Of a stretch of 64,000 nucleotides of DNA, positions 38,449 to 47,434 are shown one piece after another. The notes under the pieces were generated by a model. That model worked only from the letters and a program-made list of their open reading frames with translations, was not told where the DNA came from and made no database searches. Both the position numbers and the translations under genes were made by a program. The DNA is from Thermoplasmata archaeon (lineage in GTDB: Archaea > Thermoplasmatota > Thermoplasmata > Lutacidiplasmatales > UBA184). Location: assembly GCA_021801925.1 (NCBI GenBank), contig JAKABH010000001.1, positions 7,964 to 71,963 of the forward strand, written 5' to 3'. Every line of letters begins with the position of its first letter. The first letter of the stretch is position 1.

Positions 38449-39140
38449 GAAGCCTCCGGCGGGAGAGGGCCGGCGATCGGCGCCACCGCGGCCGCGTCGG
38501 CGTCGACGACGGGGGGCAGTTCCACCGGCGGGGCGGCGCGGGGCGTCGCGCCCTTCACCACGATCTCGTCGGGGAGCTTCGAGTCGGCGCGCATGATCCA
38601 GACGGAGACGCCGATGACGCCGGGCTTGAGGCGGGCCTGGTAGAACCCCTTCTCGACCCAGAGATGGACCGCTTCGCCGCAGTACTTGATCGTCCCCGCC
38701 TTGAACCGCTCGGTGCGGTGCCGCTCGCCGGTGAGCTTCCCCGAGAGGATCACCTGGCAGCCGCGGGCCCCGCCTTCCATGATGCGGCGGACGGTCGAAT
38801 GCCCGGCGCGGCGGAAGTGCCAGCCGCGCTCCAGGGTCGAGGCGAGCTTCTCGCTCATCAGCTGGGCGTTGAGGCTCGGGGCCCGCTCCTCCTGGACCTC
38901 GATCTGCGGGTTGTCGAGCTGGAAGCGGGCGTGGATCTCCTCGGTGAGCCGCTTGATGAGCTCGCCGCGGTGGCCGATCAGGATCCCCGGCCGCTCGCAG
39001 ACGAGCGTGACGCGGGTCCCCATCGGGGTGCGGGTGATCTCGAGGCCGCCGAAGCCGGCGCGGGCGCTCTCCTGGACCAGGAAATCCTTGAGGAGGACGC
39101 GGCGCGTCGCCTCCTGGATCACCTTCCGTTCCGCGCTCAT
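38445..39140 (-). CDS. rps3: 30S ribosomal protein S3 (uS3)
   Basis: AGFGG..RTPMGTRV..RPGILIGHRG, LERGWHFRRAG, SGKLTGER. Confidence 0.97.
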   Translation of the reverse strand: MSAERKVIQEATRRVLLKDFLVQESARAGFGGLEITRTPMGTRVTLVCERPGILIGHRGELIKRLTEEIHARFQLDNPQIEVQEERAPSLNAQLMSEKLASTLERGWHFRRAGHSTVRRIMEGGARGCQVILSGKLTGERHRTERFKAGTIKYCGEAVHLWVEKGFYQARLKPGVIGVSVWIMRADSKLPDEIVVKGATPRAAPPVELPPVVDADAAAVAPIAGPLPPEAS

Positions 39141-39595
39141 GCCGCCTCCGCGCGCTCGGCCAGAACGAGCTCCACGTTCGTCGTCTGCTCGTGCCAGGCG
39201 GTCCCGCGCCCGTGGGCGCGGGGCATCGTCGCCTTGCGGATCCGGCCGCGGCCGCTCGCCGCGACCTTGACGAACAACCGGTCGGTGTCGAGGCCCTCGT
39301 ACTCCGCGTTCTCCCGGGCGTTGCGCAGGAGCTGGAGGACGGTCCGGGCGACCTTCTTCGGATACCGCCCGGGACCGATTCCCTTCTTGTGGGCGACCTC
39401 CTGGTTGTAGCGGCGGAACGGAACGGCCCGGCGGAGCGCGACGACCTCCTCCAGGAACGTCTCCGCGCGGTCGACCGGGAGCCCCCGGATCGCGTTCAGG
39501 ACCTCGTAGGTCTTCTTCGGCGACATCGGGACCTCGATGCCCCGCGACCGGGCGACGGCGACTCCCGCTTCCGGCTGGTACGTGTAGCCTCGCAT
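39137..39595 (-). CDS. rpl22: 50S ribosomal protein L22 (uL22)
   Basis: SPKKTYEV, VPFRRYN, GRYPKK, NAEYEGLD, PRAHGRG. Confidence 0.96.
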   Translation of the reverse strand: MRGYTYQPEAGVAVARSRGIEVPMSPKKTYEVLNAIRGLPVDRAETFLEEVVALRRAVPFRRYNQEVAHKKGIGPGRYPKKVARTVLQLLRNARENAEYEGLDTDRLFVKVAASGRGRIRKATMPRAHGRGTAWHEQTTNVELVLAERAEAA

Positions 39596-39605
39596 CCGAT
39601 CGTCC

Positions 39606-40031
39606 TCACTTGAGCGGCATGAACTTCGACGACCGCGTGGCGCCGACGCCGGGTCCGGAGTGCTTCTCGAAGCGGCGGGTGAGGGCGAACTCGCCGAGGT
39701 AGTGCCCGATCATCTCGGGGCGCACCTCGACCTCCTTGAACTCCTTGCCCGTGTGGACGGCGACGCGTCGGCCGACGTGCTCGGGGAGGAGTATCGCTTC
39801 CCGGACGTGGGTCCGGACGACCTTGTCTGCCGGGGTCGACCGCATCCGCTCGAGGAAGCGGGAGACCTCCGCGTTGAACCCCCGGCGGATCGAGCGGCGC
39901 GTCCGGGCGCTGGCGATCTTCCCGAACTCCTCGAGGGAGAGCTTCTGCAGCTCGGGGAGCGGGAGCCCCCGGTAGGTGAACTCCCGCTTCCGGCGGGCCT
40001 CGACCTTCTTGGTGCGGCGCGCCTTCGGCAT
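39606..40031 (-). CDS. rps19: 30S ribosomal protein S19 (uS19)
   Basis: EFTYRG, RTHVRE, PEMIGHYLGEFALTR, GVGATRSSKFMPLK. Confidence 0.97.
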   Translation of the reverse strand: MPKARRTKKVEARRKREFTYRGLPLPELQKLSLEEFGKIASARTRRSIRRGFNAEVSRFLERMRSTPADKVVRTHVREAILLPEHVGRRVAVHTGKEFKEVEVRPEMIGHYLGEFALTRRFEKHSGPGVGATRSSKFMPLK

Positions 40032-40768
40032 CAGGCCCCTCCGCGCGACCGCTCGGCGCGGCGCTGCCGCTTCTTGCGGGCAGAACGGGAGAAACGGCCG
40101 ACCTTCGCTCCCGGCCACGTCCCGCTCGACACCGTGCTCGGGCGGCCGACGTGCTGGTGGGCCCCGCCGCCGAACGGATGGTTGACCGGGTTCATCGCGA
40201 CCCCGCGGACCTTGAAGGCGGGCCGCGCGAGCGAACGGGTCCCCCAGACCTTCTTCCCCGCCTTGATGATCGGCCGCTCCAGGCGGCCCGAGCCGCCCAG
40301 GGCCCCGACCTCGGCCCGGCAGGTTTCGAGCAGGCGCTTGAACTGGCCGCTCGGGAGCTGGATCGTCACCTCGCCCGCCGCGTGGGCGGTGACGAGCGCG
40401 CTCGCCCCGGCGGAGCGGACCAGCCGGCCGCCGTCGAACGGCTTGACCTCGATGTTGGAGACGAGCGTCCCGTCCGGGATCTTCGACAGGGGCAGGATCG
40501 ATCCCCGATCGACCTTCCCCTCGTGGAACGCGACCGAATCGCCGGTGGCGATCCCGGCGGGAGCGAGGATGCGGACGGTCGAGCCGTCCGGGGCGGCGAC
40601 CTCGGCGACGGGGGCGGTGCGGCCCGGTGCCTGGAGGATCGCGGTGACCCGGCCGTCGCCGACGAGGGTCGCCGAAGGATGGTAGATCGGACCGTGATGG
40701 CGGTGGCTCGGGGATCGGTACGTCGCCGTGCCGGCCCCGCGGCGGCGGGAGATGATCCGCTTGCCCAT
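40031..40768 (-). CDS. rpl2: 50S ribosomal protein L2 (uL2)
   Basis: MGKRIISRRRGAG, PGRTAP, DGGRLVRSAG, VRGVAMNPVNHPFGGG. Confidence 0.97.
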   Translation of the reverse strand: MGKRIISRRRGAGTATYRSPSHRHHGPIYHPSATLVGDGRVTAILQAPGRTAPVAEVAAPDGSTVRILAPAGIATGDSVAFHEGKVDRGSILPLSKIPDGTLVSNIEVKPFDGGRLVRSAGASALVTAHAAGEVTIQLPSGQFKRLLETCRAEVGALGGSGRLERPIIKAGKKVWGTRSLARPAFKVRGVAMNPVNHPFGGGAHQHVGRPSTVSSGTWPGAKVGRFSRSARKKRQRRAERSRGGA

Positions 40769-41031
40769 CAGAACACCCCCGCCCGGCTGCCGATATCCTC
40801 GGCCGAGAACTCCTTCTGGAAGCGCACCGTGGCGATCTTGCCGGTGCGGACGATCTTCGTGTTGACCTTGAGGACCCGGCACTGGTAGGTCTCTTCGACG
40901 GCCCGCTTGATCTCGGCGCGCGTCGCCCGGTGGTCGACGACGAACTCGAGCTTGTTCATCCGCTCCATCTCGTCCATCGCCTTTTCGGTCACGTAGGCAT
41001 GCAGAATGATGCGGTGGCGGAGTTCGGTCAT
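40768..41031 (-). CDS. rpl23: 50S ribosomal protein L23 (uL23)
   Basis: VTEKAM..NKLEFVVD..IKRAVEE..KVNT..AEDIGSRAGVF. Confidence 0.96.
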   Translation of the reverse strand: MTELRHRIILHAYVTEKAMDEMERMNKLEFVVDHRATRAEIKRAVEETYQCRVLKVNTKIVRTGKIATVRFQKEFSAEDIGSRAGVF

Positions 41032-41861
41032 GCGCTCGTTCCTCCCGTGAGGCGGGCTTCGAGCCGACGAAGGGCCGCGTGGGAGAAGAGGGTCAACCGA
41101 CCGGCATCGCCGCCCGGGGCGAGATGCTCGGTCGACAGGCGGTCGGCCGGCACGATGTCGATCCCCGAGAGGTTGCGGAAGCCGCGCGCGCGGTCCGCCC
41201 GGCTCGTGACGAGCAGCACGCTGCGGGGCACGCGGCGGCCGCGGCCGCGCCGACGGGCCCGTCCGGCCTTCAGCGTGACGCCGTCCCGCGCCCGCTCGAC
41301 ATCTTCCCAGAGGTGAAGGCGTTCGAGCAGGGCGCGCGCATCCTGGGCGGTGCCGATCTCCTCGATCGGGTCGTCCACGACGACCGGCAGATGGAGCTTC
41401 TCGGGGACGGCATGGCCCCGGGCCCCGAGCAGCTCCGCCTCCCGGGTCGCGGCGAGCGCGGAGGCGAACGCCAGTCGGGCCTCGCGGCGGTTGATCTTCT
41501 TCGTCCAGATCCGGTCGACCCGGGGGGGATGCGCCTGGCCGCCGCCGACGGTGTTCGGGGCCTGGGCGCCGCGGTTCGACTCCATGAGGCGCGGGGTTCG
41601 AGAGACGCCGCGGCCCTTCCCCGACCACTCCACCGAGTGGCGGCGCCCGGCCGTCAGCGAGGTGCCGTACGGTTGGCGTCGGTGGGATTGGGCGGCGACG
41701 ACCGCCCGCCGGACCAGATCCGGCCGCAGCGGTGCCGAGAACTCGATCGGAAGCAGGACCGTCGTCGAGTGGGGCGTCCCGTCGACCCCCACGAGATGGA
41801 CCCGGTGGTGCGGCGCCGCATGTTCCGCGCCCCCGACCGGGGCGCCGGCCGATTCTGCCAT
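41028..41861 (-). CDS. rpl4: 50S ribosomal protein L4 (uL4)
   Basis: RPDLVRRAV, RQPYG, GRGVSRTPR, GGGQAHPP, LAPGGDAGRLT. Confidence 0.96.
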   Translation of the reverse strand: MAESAGAPVGGAEHAAPHHRVHLVGVDGTPHSTTVLLPIEFSAPLRPDLVRRAVVAAQSHRRQPYGTSLTAGRRHSVEWSGKGRGVSRTPRLMESNRGAQAPNTVGGGQAHPPRVDRIWTKKINRREARLAFASALAATREAELLGARGHAVPEKLHLPVVVDDPIEEIGTAQDARALLERLHLWEDVERARDGVTLKAGRARRRGRGRRVPRSVLLVTSRADRARGFRNLSGIDIVPADRLSTEHLAPGGDAGRLTLFSHAALRRLEARLTGGTSA

Positions 41862-41863
41862 CG

Positions 41864-42862
41864 TCACGCCCCCTGCTTCGACCGGGTGCTCAGGTAGCGG
41901 ATGTCGACCTTGTCGACGGCCGCGACGTGGCTGCGGATCGGCGTGCGGAACCGGAGCAGGCGCTTCGCCGGACCGGGGACCGAGCCGTGGAGGAGGATGC
42001 ACGCCGTGCGCACGTCCCCGTAGTGGGGGAACCCGCCGGCGGGCGTGATCGGATCGGCCCGCGGGTCCTTCACCACCCGGAGGACGCGGAGGTTGAACTG
42101 CGTCCGGCGGTGGTACCCCTGCTGGCCGGCCTGCGGGATGCGGTACGACACGAAGCTCGGATTGTGGGGCCCGAGCGTCCCGATCATCCGCCGGTGCTTC
42201 GAGTTCTTGCGCGGCTGGAGCTTCACGCCCCACCGCTGGATGTGCCCCTGGAACCCGAACCCCTTCGTGACGCCGAGCACGTCCAGGAACTCCCCTTCCT
42301 TCGCCAGCTGCTCGGCGGAGAACTCCTTCCCCAGGGCCGCGAGGGCGAAGTCGCGCCGCTCCTCGAGGCCATCGCCGGCCACGCGGACCTCAAAGACGGT
42401 CGGCGTCTTCGATCCGACCCCCGTGATGAGGTGGGGCTGGGTGTGGACGAGAAGGCGGACGTCGTCCGCCGCCGTCCGGCCGAACCGGTCGAGCGCCTCC
42501 TTGGAGCTGCCCGGATGCGTCGGGACCCGGCGGTCGAGCTCGGCCACGTTCGACCCGTGCCAGACCTCGGCGACGACGCGACGGCCGTACGGGCCGCGGG
42601 CGTAGAGCCGGGCGCCGACGACCCGCAACGGCGGCACCTCGACGATCGTGACGGGGACCGAGACCTCCTGGCCGGCGGTCGTCGACCGCTTGCGGTAATC
42701 GACCATGAAGGCATGGGTCATCCCGACCTTGAAACCGGCGAACCCCTCGAGCGCGGGGCTCTTGCCGGTCGTCGCCCAGGTCCGTACGCGGGGGAGCGGG
42801 CGGGCGGAACGCGAGCGGGGTGAATAGGCGAGGGAACCTCGCCGGGGACGATGCCGTGCCAT
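41864..42862 (-). CDS. rpl3: 50S ribosomal protein L3 (uL3)
   Basis: RPRRGSLAYSPR, GFKVGMTH, TKGFGFQG, AGQQGYHRRT, TPAGGFPHYG. Confidence 0.97.
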   Translation of the reverse strand: MARHRPRRGSLAYSPRSRSARPLPRVRTWATTGKSPALEGFAGFKVGMTHAFMVDYRKRSTTAGQEVSVPVTIVEVPPLRVVGARLYARGPYGRRVVAEVWHGSNVAELDRRVPTHPGSSKEALDRFGRTAADDVRLLVHTQPHLITGVGSKTPTVFEVRVAGDGLEERRDFALAALGKEFSAEQLAKEGEFLDVLGVTKGFGFQGHIQRWGVKLQPRKNSKHRRMIGTLGPHNPSFVSYRIPQAGQQGYHRRTQFNLRVLRVVKDPRADPITPAGGFPHYGDVRTACILLHGSVPGPAKRLLRFRTPIRSHVAAVDKVDIRYLSTRSKQGA

Positions 42863-42912
42863 GGGTCGATGGGGGGTCCTGCCTCCGGTGGGAGCGGGGG
42901 AGAAAGGTACCC

Positions 42913-42919
42913 TATATAA
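42913..42919 (-). promoter_or_regulatory. Putative TATA box of the ribosomal protein operon
   Basis: Minus-strand TTATATA preceded by an A-rich BRE-like tract, about 50 nt upstream of rpl3. Confidence 0.6.
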
Positions 42920-43080
42920 CGGCTCCTCGGTTTTTCGCCGGACGGCCGAACGGAACGGACGCGCAACGGCGCGGCGGGGCCCCGCTCCTCGAACGCGCGC
43001 GTAGAGGGAGGCCGCGGCCGAACCGGCCGGCCCGGGCGACCCGAACGATTATGCGGAGGGAGCCGCTCGGCGCCGGCCGG

Positions 43081-44322
43081 ATGGCGATCGGAACCGACGC
43101 GCCCGTGCCGCTGTCGGCGATCGAGGCCGCCGCGGAGCGGATCCGGCCCCACGTCCGTCGCACGCCGCTCGTCCGGGCCCCGCCGTTCCCGGACCTGCCG
43201 GATGTTCCGATCTATCTCAAGCTCGAGAACCTGCAGACGACCGGGTCGTTCAAGCTGCGCGGCGCGCTCAACAAGATCCTTGGGCTCTCCGACGCCGACG
43301 CCGCCCGGGGCGTCGTCGCCGCCTCCGCGGGGAACCACGCCCAGGGGGTGGCGTGGGCCGCCCGGGCCCGGGGGATCCCGGCGACGATCGTCATGGCCGA
43401 GACGGCCTCCCCCCTCAAGGTCAGCCGGACCCGGGCGCTCGGGGCCGAGGTGATCCTCTTTGGCGCGGACTATGACGAAGCCCACGACCGCTCCGTCCAG
43501 ATCGCCCGGGAGGAGCGCCGGGCCTACATCCATCCGTTCGACGATCCCGAGGTGATCGCCGGTCAGGGGACGGTCGGGCTCGAGATCGTCGACGAGCTGC
43601 CGGACGCGGCGCTGGTCGTCGCCGGCGTCGGCGGGGGGGGACTCCTCGCGGGGATCGCGAGCGCGCTGCGGGGTCGCGGCAGCCGCGCCCGGATCCTCGG
43701 CGTGCAGCCGACCGGTGCGGACACGCTGCGCGCCTCGCTCCGCGAACAGCGGGTCGTCGTCGGCCCGCGTCCGTCGACGTTCGCCGACGGCCTTGCCACC
43801 CGGCACGTCGGCGACCTGCCGCTGCGGATCCTCGCCCGGGCGGACGCCGAGGCGATCGCGGTCGACGACCGCGCCATCGCGCGGGCGACGTTCTCGCTGC
43901 TCGACCGGGCGAAGCTGCTCGCCGAGGGAGCCGGGGCGATCCCGCTCGCCGGCCTGCGCGCCGACCCCGGTCGGATCGGCAGCGGACCGGTGGTCCTCGT
44001 GATCAGCGGGGGCAACCTGGACGCCTTCACCCTCGACCGGATCCTCTTCCTCGGCCTCGCGGCGGAGGGTCGGCTGCTCCGACTGCGCGGCAGCGTCCGG
44101 GACGTACCGGGCCAGCTCGAGCGGTTCCTCGGCGTCGCGCGGGGCGAGGCGGCGAACGTCCGGCAGATCCGGCACGACCGGGAGGCGCCCGATCGGCCCC
44201 CGGGCGAGGTGACCGTCGAGCTCGAGCTCGAGGTGCGGGACGCCGACCACGGGAACGCGGTCGAGGCGGCCTACCGGAGCCAGGGGTGGCCGGTCGAACG
44301 GATTCCCCTGGGGGGCGGATGA
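43081..44322 (+). CDS. ilvA: Threonine/serine ammonia-lyase with C-terminal ACT domain
   Basis: LKLENLQTTGSFKLRGA (PLP Lys), SAGNHAQG, HPFDD..GQGT, GGGGL, ISGGN. Confidence 0.92.
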   Translation: MAIGTDAPVPLSAIEAAAERIRPHVRRTPLVRAPPFPDLPDVPIYLKLENLQTTGSFKLRGALNKILGLSDADAARGVVAASAGNHAQGVAWAARARGIPATIVMAETASPLKVSRTRALGAEVILFGADYDEAHDRSVQIAREERRAYIHPFDDPEVIAGQGTVGLEIVDELPDAALVVAGVGGGGLLAGIASALRGRGSRARILGVQPTGADTLRASLREQRVVVGPRPSTFADGLATRHVGDLPLRILARADAEAIAVDDRAIARATFSLLDRAKLLAEGAGAIPLAGLRADPGRIGSGPVVLVISGGNLDAFTLDRILFLGLAAEGRLLRLRGSVRDVPGQLERFLGVARGEAANVRQIRHDREAPDRPPGEVTVELELEVRDADHGNAVEAAYRSQGWPVERIPLGGG

Positions 44323-44391
44323 ACGGGCCGCGGCCGGTTACCCGGGACCCATCGCCCCCGTAAATACCCCCGCCGGTCTAGGTACCGTGCG

Positions 44392-44883
44392 ATGGCGCGT
44401 GCGCCGGCCGCCCCCGAACCCGATCTTCCCCAGCCGTCCCGGCTGTGGACGGCCGCCGAGGCGAACCGCCGGCTCCCCCAGCTCGAGGAGCTCCTGCCGC
44501 GCCTCAAGACCTGGGCCCTCCGCCTCGCCGAGGTCCACGCCGAGATCGCCCGCCTCACCGCCTTCTGGGGCCCCGAGGTCGACGCGCCCGACCATGTCGA
44601 CCACGAGCGGAAGTCGCAGCTCGACCTCGAGGAGCACCACCTCCACCAGCGCCTGGAGGAGGCGGTCGCCGCACTCCGTCGCGACGGGATCGAGGTGAAG
44701 GACCTGGAGCACGGGCTCGTCGACTTCTACGGCCTCGTCGGCGGGGAGCTGGTCTTCCTCTGCTGGCGGGCGCCGGAGACGGACGTCGCCTTCTTCCATC
44801 CGCTCGACAGCGGGTTCCGCGGCCGCCGCCCCCTGCCCGCCCACCTCCGCGCCGCGCCGGCCGGGGCCCGCGACGGGGCCTAG
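44392..44883 (+). CDS. DUF2203 domain protein
   Basis: WTAAEANRRLP..GIEVKDLEHGLVDF..LCWRAPE..FFH..GFRGRRPL. Confidence 0.88.
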   Translation: MARAPAAPEPDLPQPSRLWTAAEANRRLPQLEELLPRLKTWALRLAEVHAEIARLTAFWGPEVDAPDHVDHERKSQLDLEEHHLHQRLEEAVAALRRDGIEVKDLEHGLVDFYGLVGGELVFLCWRAPETDVAFFHPLDSGFRGRRPLPAHLRAAPAGARDGA

Positions 44884-45719
44884 GGCGCCCCGGCTTCGGG
44901 GAAGCGCCCGTCGTCGAGCCGCCGGGCGCCCCGGACGTACCGTCCGAAGTCGACGGGGGCGAGCCCGAGGGCGACCCGGAAGTCGTTCGCCGAATCGGGC
45001 GCGAATCCCGCGTAGTGGTTGTTGAAGAAGACGTACGACGGCCGCACGAGGTCGTCCGCGGCCCGAAGGCGCGCCGCCCAGCGCTCCGTCTCCGCCCGCC
45101 GGTCGACCCGGACCTCCCCGAGCCGCTCGGGGGGGATCGTGTCGTGGTCGCCGATGAACCGCAGGTAAACGAAGTCGGCGGTCCGCCACGGAGGCACGTC
45201 GAGATAGGAGAGGTACGACCAGGTCAGCGCGATCGCCCGGTCGCCCAGCCGACGCGCGAGCGCCGCGCCGGCCTCGCCGCGGTACCAGCCGGCGTCCCGC
45301 AGCTCGATCGACCAGGCGACCTCCGGCGCGAGCGCCTCCAACAGATCGTCGAGGAACCGCTCCGAGCGCCCCGGTCGGAACCCCGGGGAGAACTGCAGCA
45401 GGATCGGGCCGAGCTTCGGGCCGAGCCGGCCCGCGAGCCGGACGAACTCCGCCAGTCCGGCGCGATCCGGACCGCGCCGGGGATCGAGCAGCTCCCGCGG
45501 GCACTTGAGGGCAAAACGGAACCCCTCGGGGGTCTTCCGCCGCCAGCCGTCGACCACCGACGGCGCCGGGGGCCGATAGTAGGTGGCGTCGACCTCCACC
45601 GTGTCGTAGAGCCGGGCGTAGACGCCCAGCCGGTCGCTGTCGGGGGTGCCGGGGCGGTAGACCCGGCCCCACCAGGCGTCGGCGGTCCAGGAGCAGGTGC
45701 CGATCCGCACCTCCGCCAT
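44880..45719 (-). CDS. DUF72 (YecE-like) protein
   Basis: IGTCSW, YDTVEVDATYYRPP, FRFALK, LGPILLQF, YLRFIG, YVFFNNHYAG.AP. Confidence 0.92.
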   Translation of the reverse strand: MAEVRIGTCSWTADAWWGRVYRPGTPDSDRLGVYARLYDTVEVDATYYRPPAPSVVDGWRRKTPEGFRFALKCPRELLDPRRGPDRAGLAEFVRLAGRLGPKLGPILLQFSPGFRPGRSERFLDDLLEALAPEVAWSIELRDAGWYRGEAGAALARRLGDRAIALTWSYLSYLDVPPWRTADFVYLRFIGDHDTIPPERLGEVRVDRRAETERWAARLRAADDLVRPSYVFFNNHYAGFAPDSANDFRVALGLAPVDFGRYVRGARRLDDGRFPEAGAP

Positions 45720-45748
45720 CGGACCGACCCCGGGGACCCCCGCCGCCG

Positions 45749-46669
45749 CTACGCGGCCGCGGGGCCGCTCTGGAGGAGCTGGAGGGCCCGCAGGGCGATC
45801 GCCACCGCGCCCAGCCCGGCGCCGACCCCGACGGCGAGGAGGAGCAGCGGGAACGGGGAGGCGAGCGACAGGTCGAGGAGGGCGATCGGGGCGAAGAGCC
45901 CTGCGCCGCCGCCGACGATCCCGAGGGCGGGCCGGTCGGCGCGGATCGTCCGCAGCGCGGCGTAGACGGCGAGACCCGCCACGAGCAGGAGGACGAGGAT
46001 TCCCGCCGCGATCGCCGCGACGAACTGCTCCAGGTTCGGGAACGGCGTGAGCGCTACGGTCGTCGCGTTGGCGCCCGTCCCGCGGGCGAGCTCGACCGCG
46101 ATGCCGGTCGCCCCCGCCGAGAAGACGGTCGAGACGAACGCCTGCACCGTCACCGGGGAGTACCCGGGCGCCTGGACGAGGATCGCCAGGCCCCCGGTCG
46201 GCAGCCCGGCGATCGAGAACGTCCCGTCCGCGGCGGCGGCGGTCGTGCGGACCGGACCGGTCTCGGGCGTGACGGTCACCGTCGCGCCGACGGCCGGGAC
46301 GACCGCCCCGGAGGGCGTCGTGAGGTCGACCGTGCCCGAGGCGACGAACCGGCCGGGCTCGGGGGCGAGCACCGCGTAGTAGCCGAACAGGCCGGCGACA
46401 ACGACCGCGAGGAGCGTGACGCCGAACAGCGCCCCCGCGGCGATCCGGCGGGCCGACCAGCGCGGCACGCGCGGCGGCCTAAGCGCGGGGTAAAGTTCGG
46501 GTTGGACCTCCCAGGTATACAGCGGCGGGGGGTCGCGGGGGACGACCGCCGGGATCGGACGATGGCAGGTCGGGCACGGGAGCCACTGGGTCGGCGGATA
46601 CGGCGCGAGGACGGCGCGCACCGGCGTGCCGCACGCCGGACACCGGATCGAGACGGCGGGGCCGACCAT
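45749..46669 (-). CDS. Membrane protein: N-terminal Zn ribbon, carboxypeptidase-regulatory-like domain, C-terminal TMs
   Basis: CPACG...CPTC; TM; VGATVTV..TTAAAADGTFSIAGLPTG..VQAPGY; three hydrophobic C-terminal segments. Confidence 0.72.
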   Translation of the reverse strand: MVGPAVSIRCPACGTPVRAVLAPYPPTQWLPCPTCHRPIPAVVPRDPPPLYTWEVQPELYPALRPPRVPRWSARRIAAGALFGVTLLAVVVAGLFGYYAVLAPEPGRFVASGTVDLTTPSGAVVPAVGATVTVTPETGPVRTTAAAADGTFSIAGLPTGGLAILVQAPGYSPVTVQAFVSTVFSAGATGIAVELARGTGANATTVALTPFPNLEQFVAAIAAGILVLLLVAGLAVYAALRTIRADRPALGIVGGGAGLFAPIALLDLSLASPFPLLLLAVGVGAGLGAVAIALRALQLLQSGPAAA

Positions 46670-46702
46670 CCGGTCCGCGGGAGCCGCCCGAAGGTCATAT
46701 CG

Positions 46703-47338
46703 TTGCGGCGGGCGTTCGGGAAGCCGCACTTCCACGTCATCGGGCTGGACGACGGCGCGTTCCGCCGCGGGGACCGATGGGCGCCGGTCGCCGCCGTCCT
46801 GCTCGCCGTGCCGGCGCGCGTCGAGGCGATCCGGATCGGGCGGGTGCGCGTCGACGGAACGGACGCCGCGGAGGTCCTCGCGGCGCTCGTGAGCCGCCTC
46901 CCCGGCCGGGCGAGCGCGCGGGCGGTCCTGCTCGACGGGGCGGTCGTCGGCGGCTTCAACGTCGTCGACCTCGACAGTCTTCACCGCGCGCTCGGCGTTC
47001 CCGTCGTCGCCGTGACGGCCCGGGCGCCCGATTTCGGCGCGATCCGGACGGCGCTCGAGCGCGGGTTCCCCCGCGACGCGGAGCGGCGGTACCGGCTTCT
47101 TTCCGCGCACCGGCTCACCGCCGTTCCCGGCGCCGCCTCCCCCGTGCGGATCGCGGTCGTCGGCTGCCTCCGTGCGGAGGCGGCGGCGCTCGTGCGCCGC
47201 ACGATCGTCGAGGGCCACACCCCCGAGCCGATCCGCCTCGCCCACCTCGTCGCCTCGGCGGCGGCGCCCCCCTTGCCCTCGACACGAACCGTTAAGGAGC
47301 CCGTCCGCCGTCGTCCCCGGCGCGGGCCTGTAGCTTAG
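46703..47338 (+). CDS. DUF99 family protein (endonuclease dU / EndoV-like fold)
   Basis: VIGLDDGAF, VRVDGTDA, VLLDGAVVGGFNVVD, PEPIRLAHLVAS. TTG start is inferred. Confidence 0.85.
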   Translation: MRRAFGKPHFHVIGLDDGAFRRGDRWAPVAAVLLAVPARVEAIRIGRVRVDGTDAAEVLAALVSRLPGRASARAVLLDGAVVGGFNVVDLDSLHRALGVPVVAVTARAPDFGAIRTALERGFPRDAERRYRLLSAHRLTAVPGAASPVRIAVVGCLRAEAAALVRRTIVEGHTPEPIRLAHLVASAAAPPLPSTRTVKEPVRRRPRRGPVA

Positions 47339-47430
47339 CTCGGACGAAGCACTGGCCTTCTAAGCCAGGGAACTCGGGTTCAAAGGCCGGGGCGGCCCCC
47401 CCGCCCCGGCAGAGACTCCCGACAGGCCCG
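47324..47430 (+). tRNA. tRNA-Arg(UCU) with 32-nt intron in the T-loop (47385-47416, position 59/60)
   Basis: Acceptor GGGCCTG/CAGGCCC, D-stem GCTT/AAGC, anticodon arm CTGGC-CTTCTAA-GCCAG, T-stem TCGGG/CCCGA with TTCAAA|T interrupted by a hairpin; TTAAG box at 47292. Confidence 0.92.
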
Positions 47431-47434
47431 TCCG

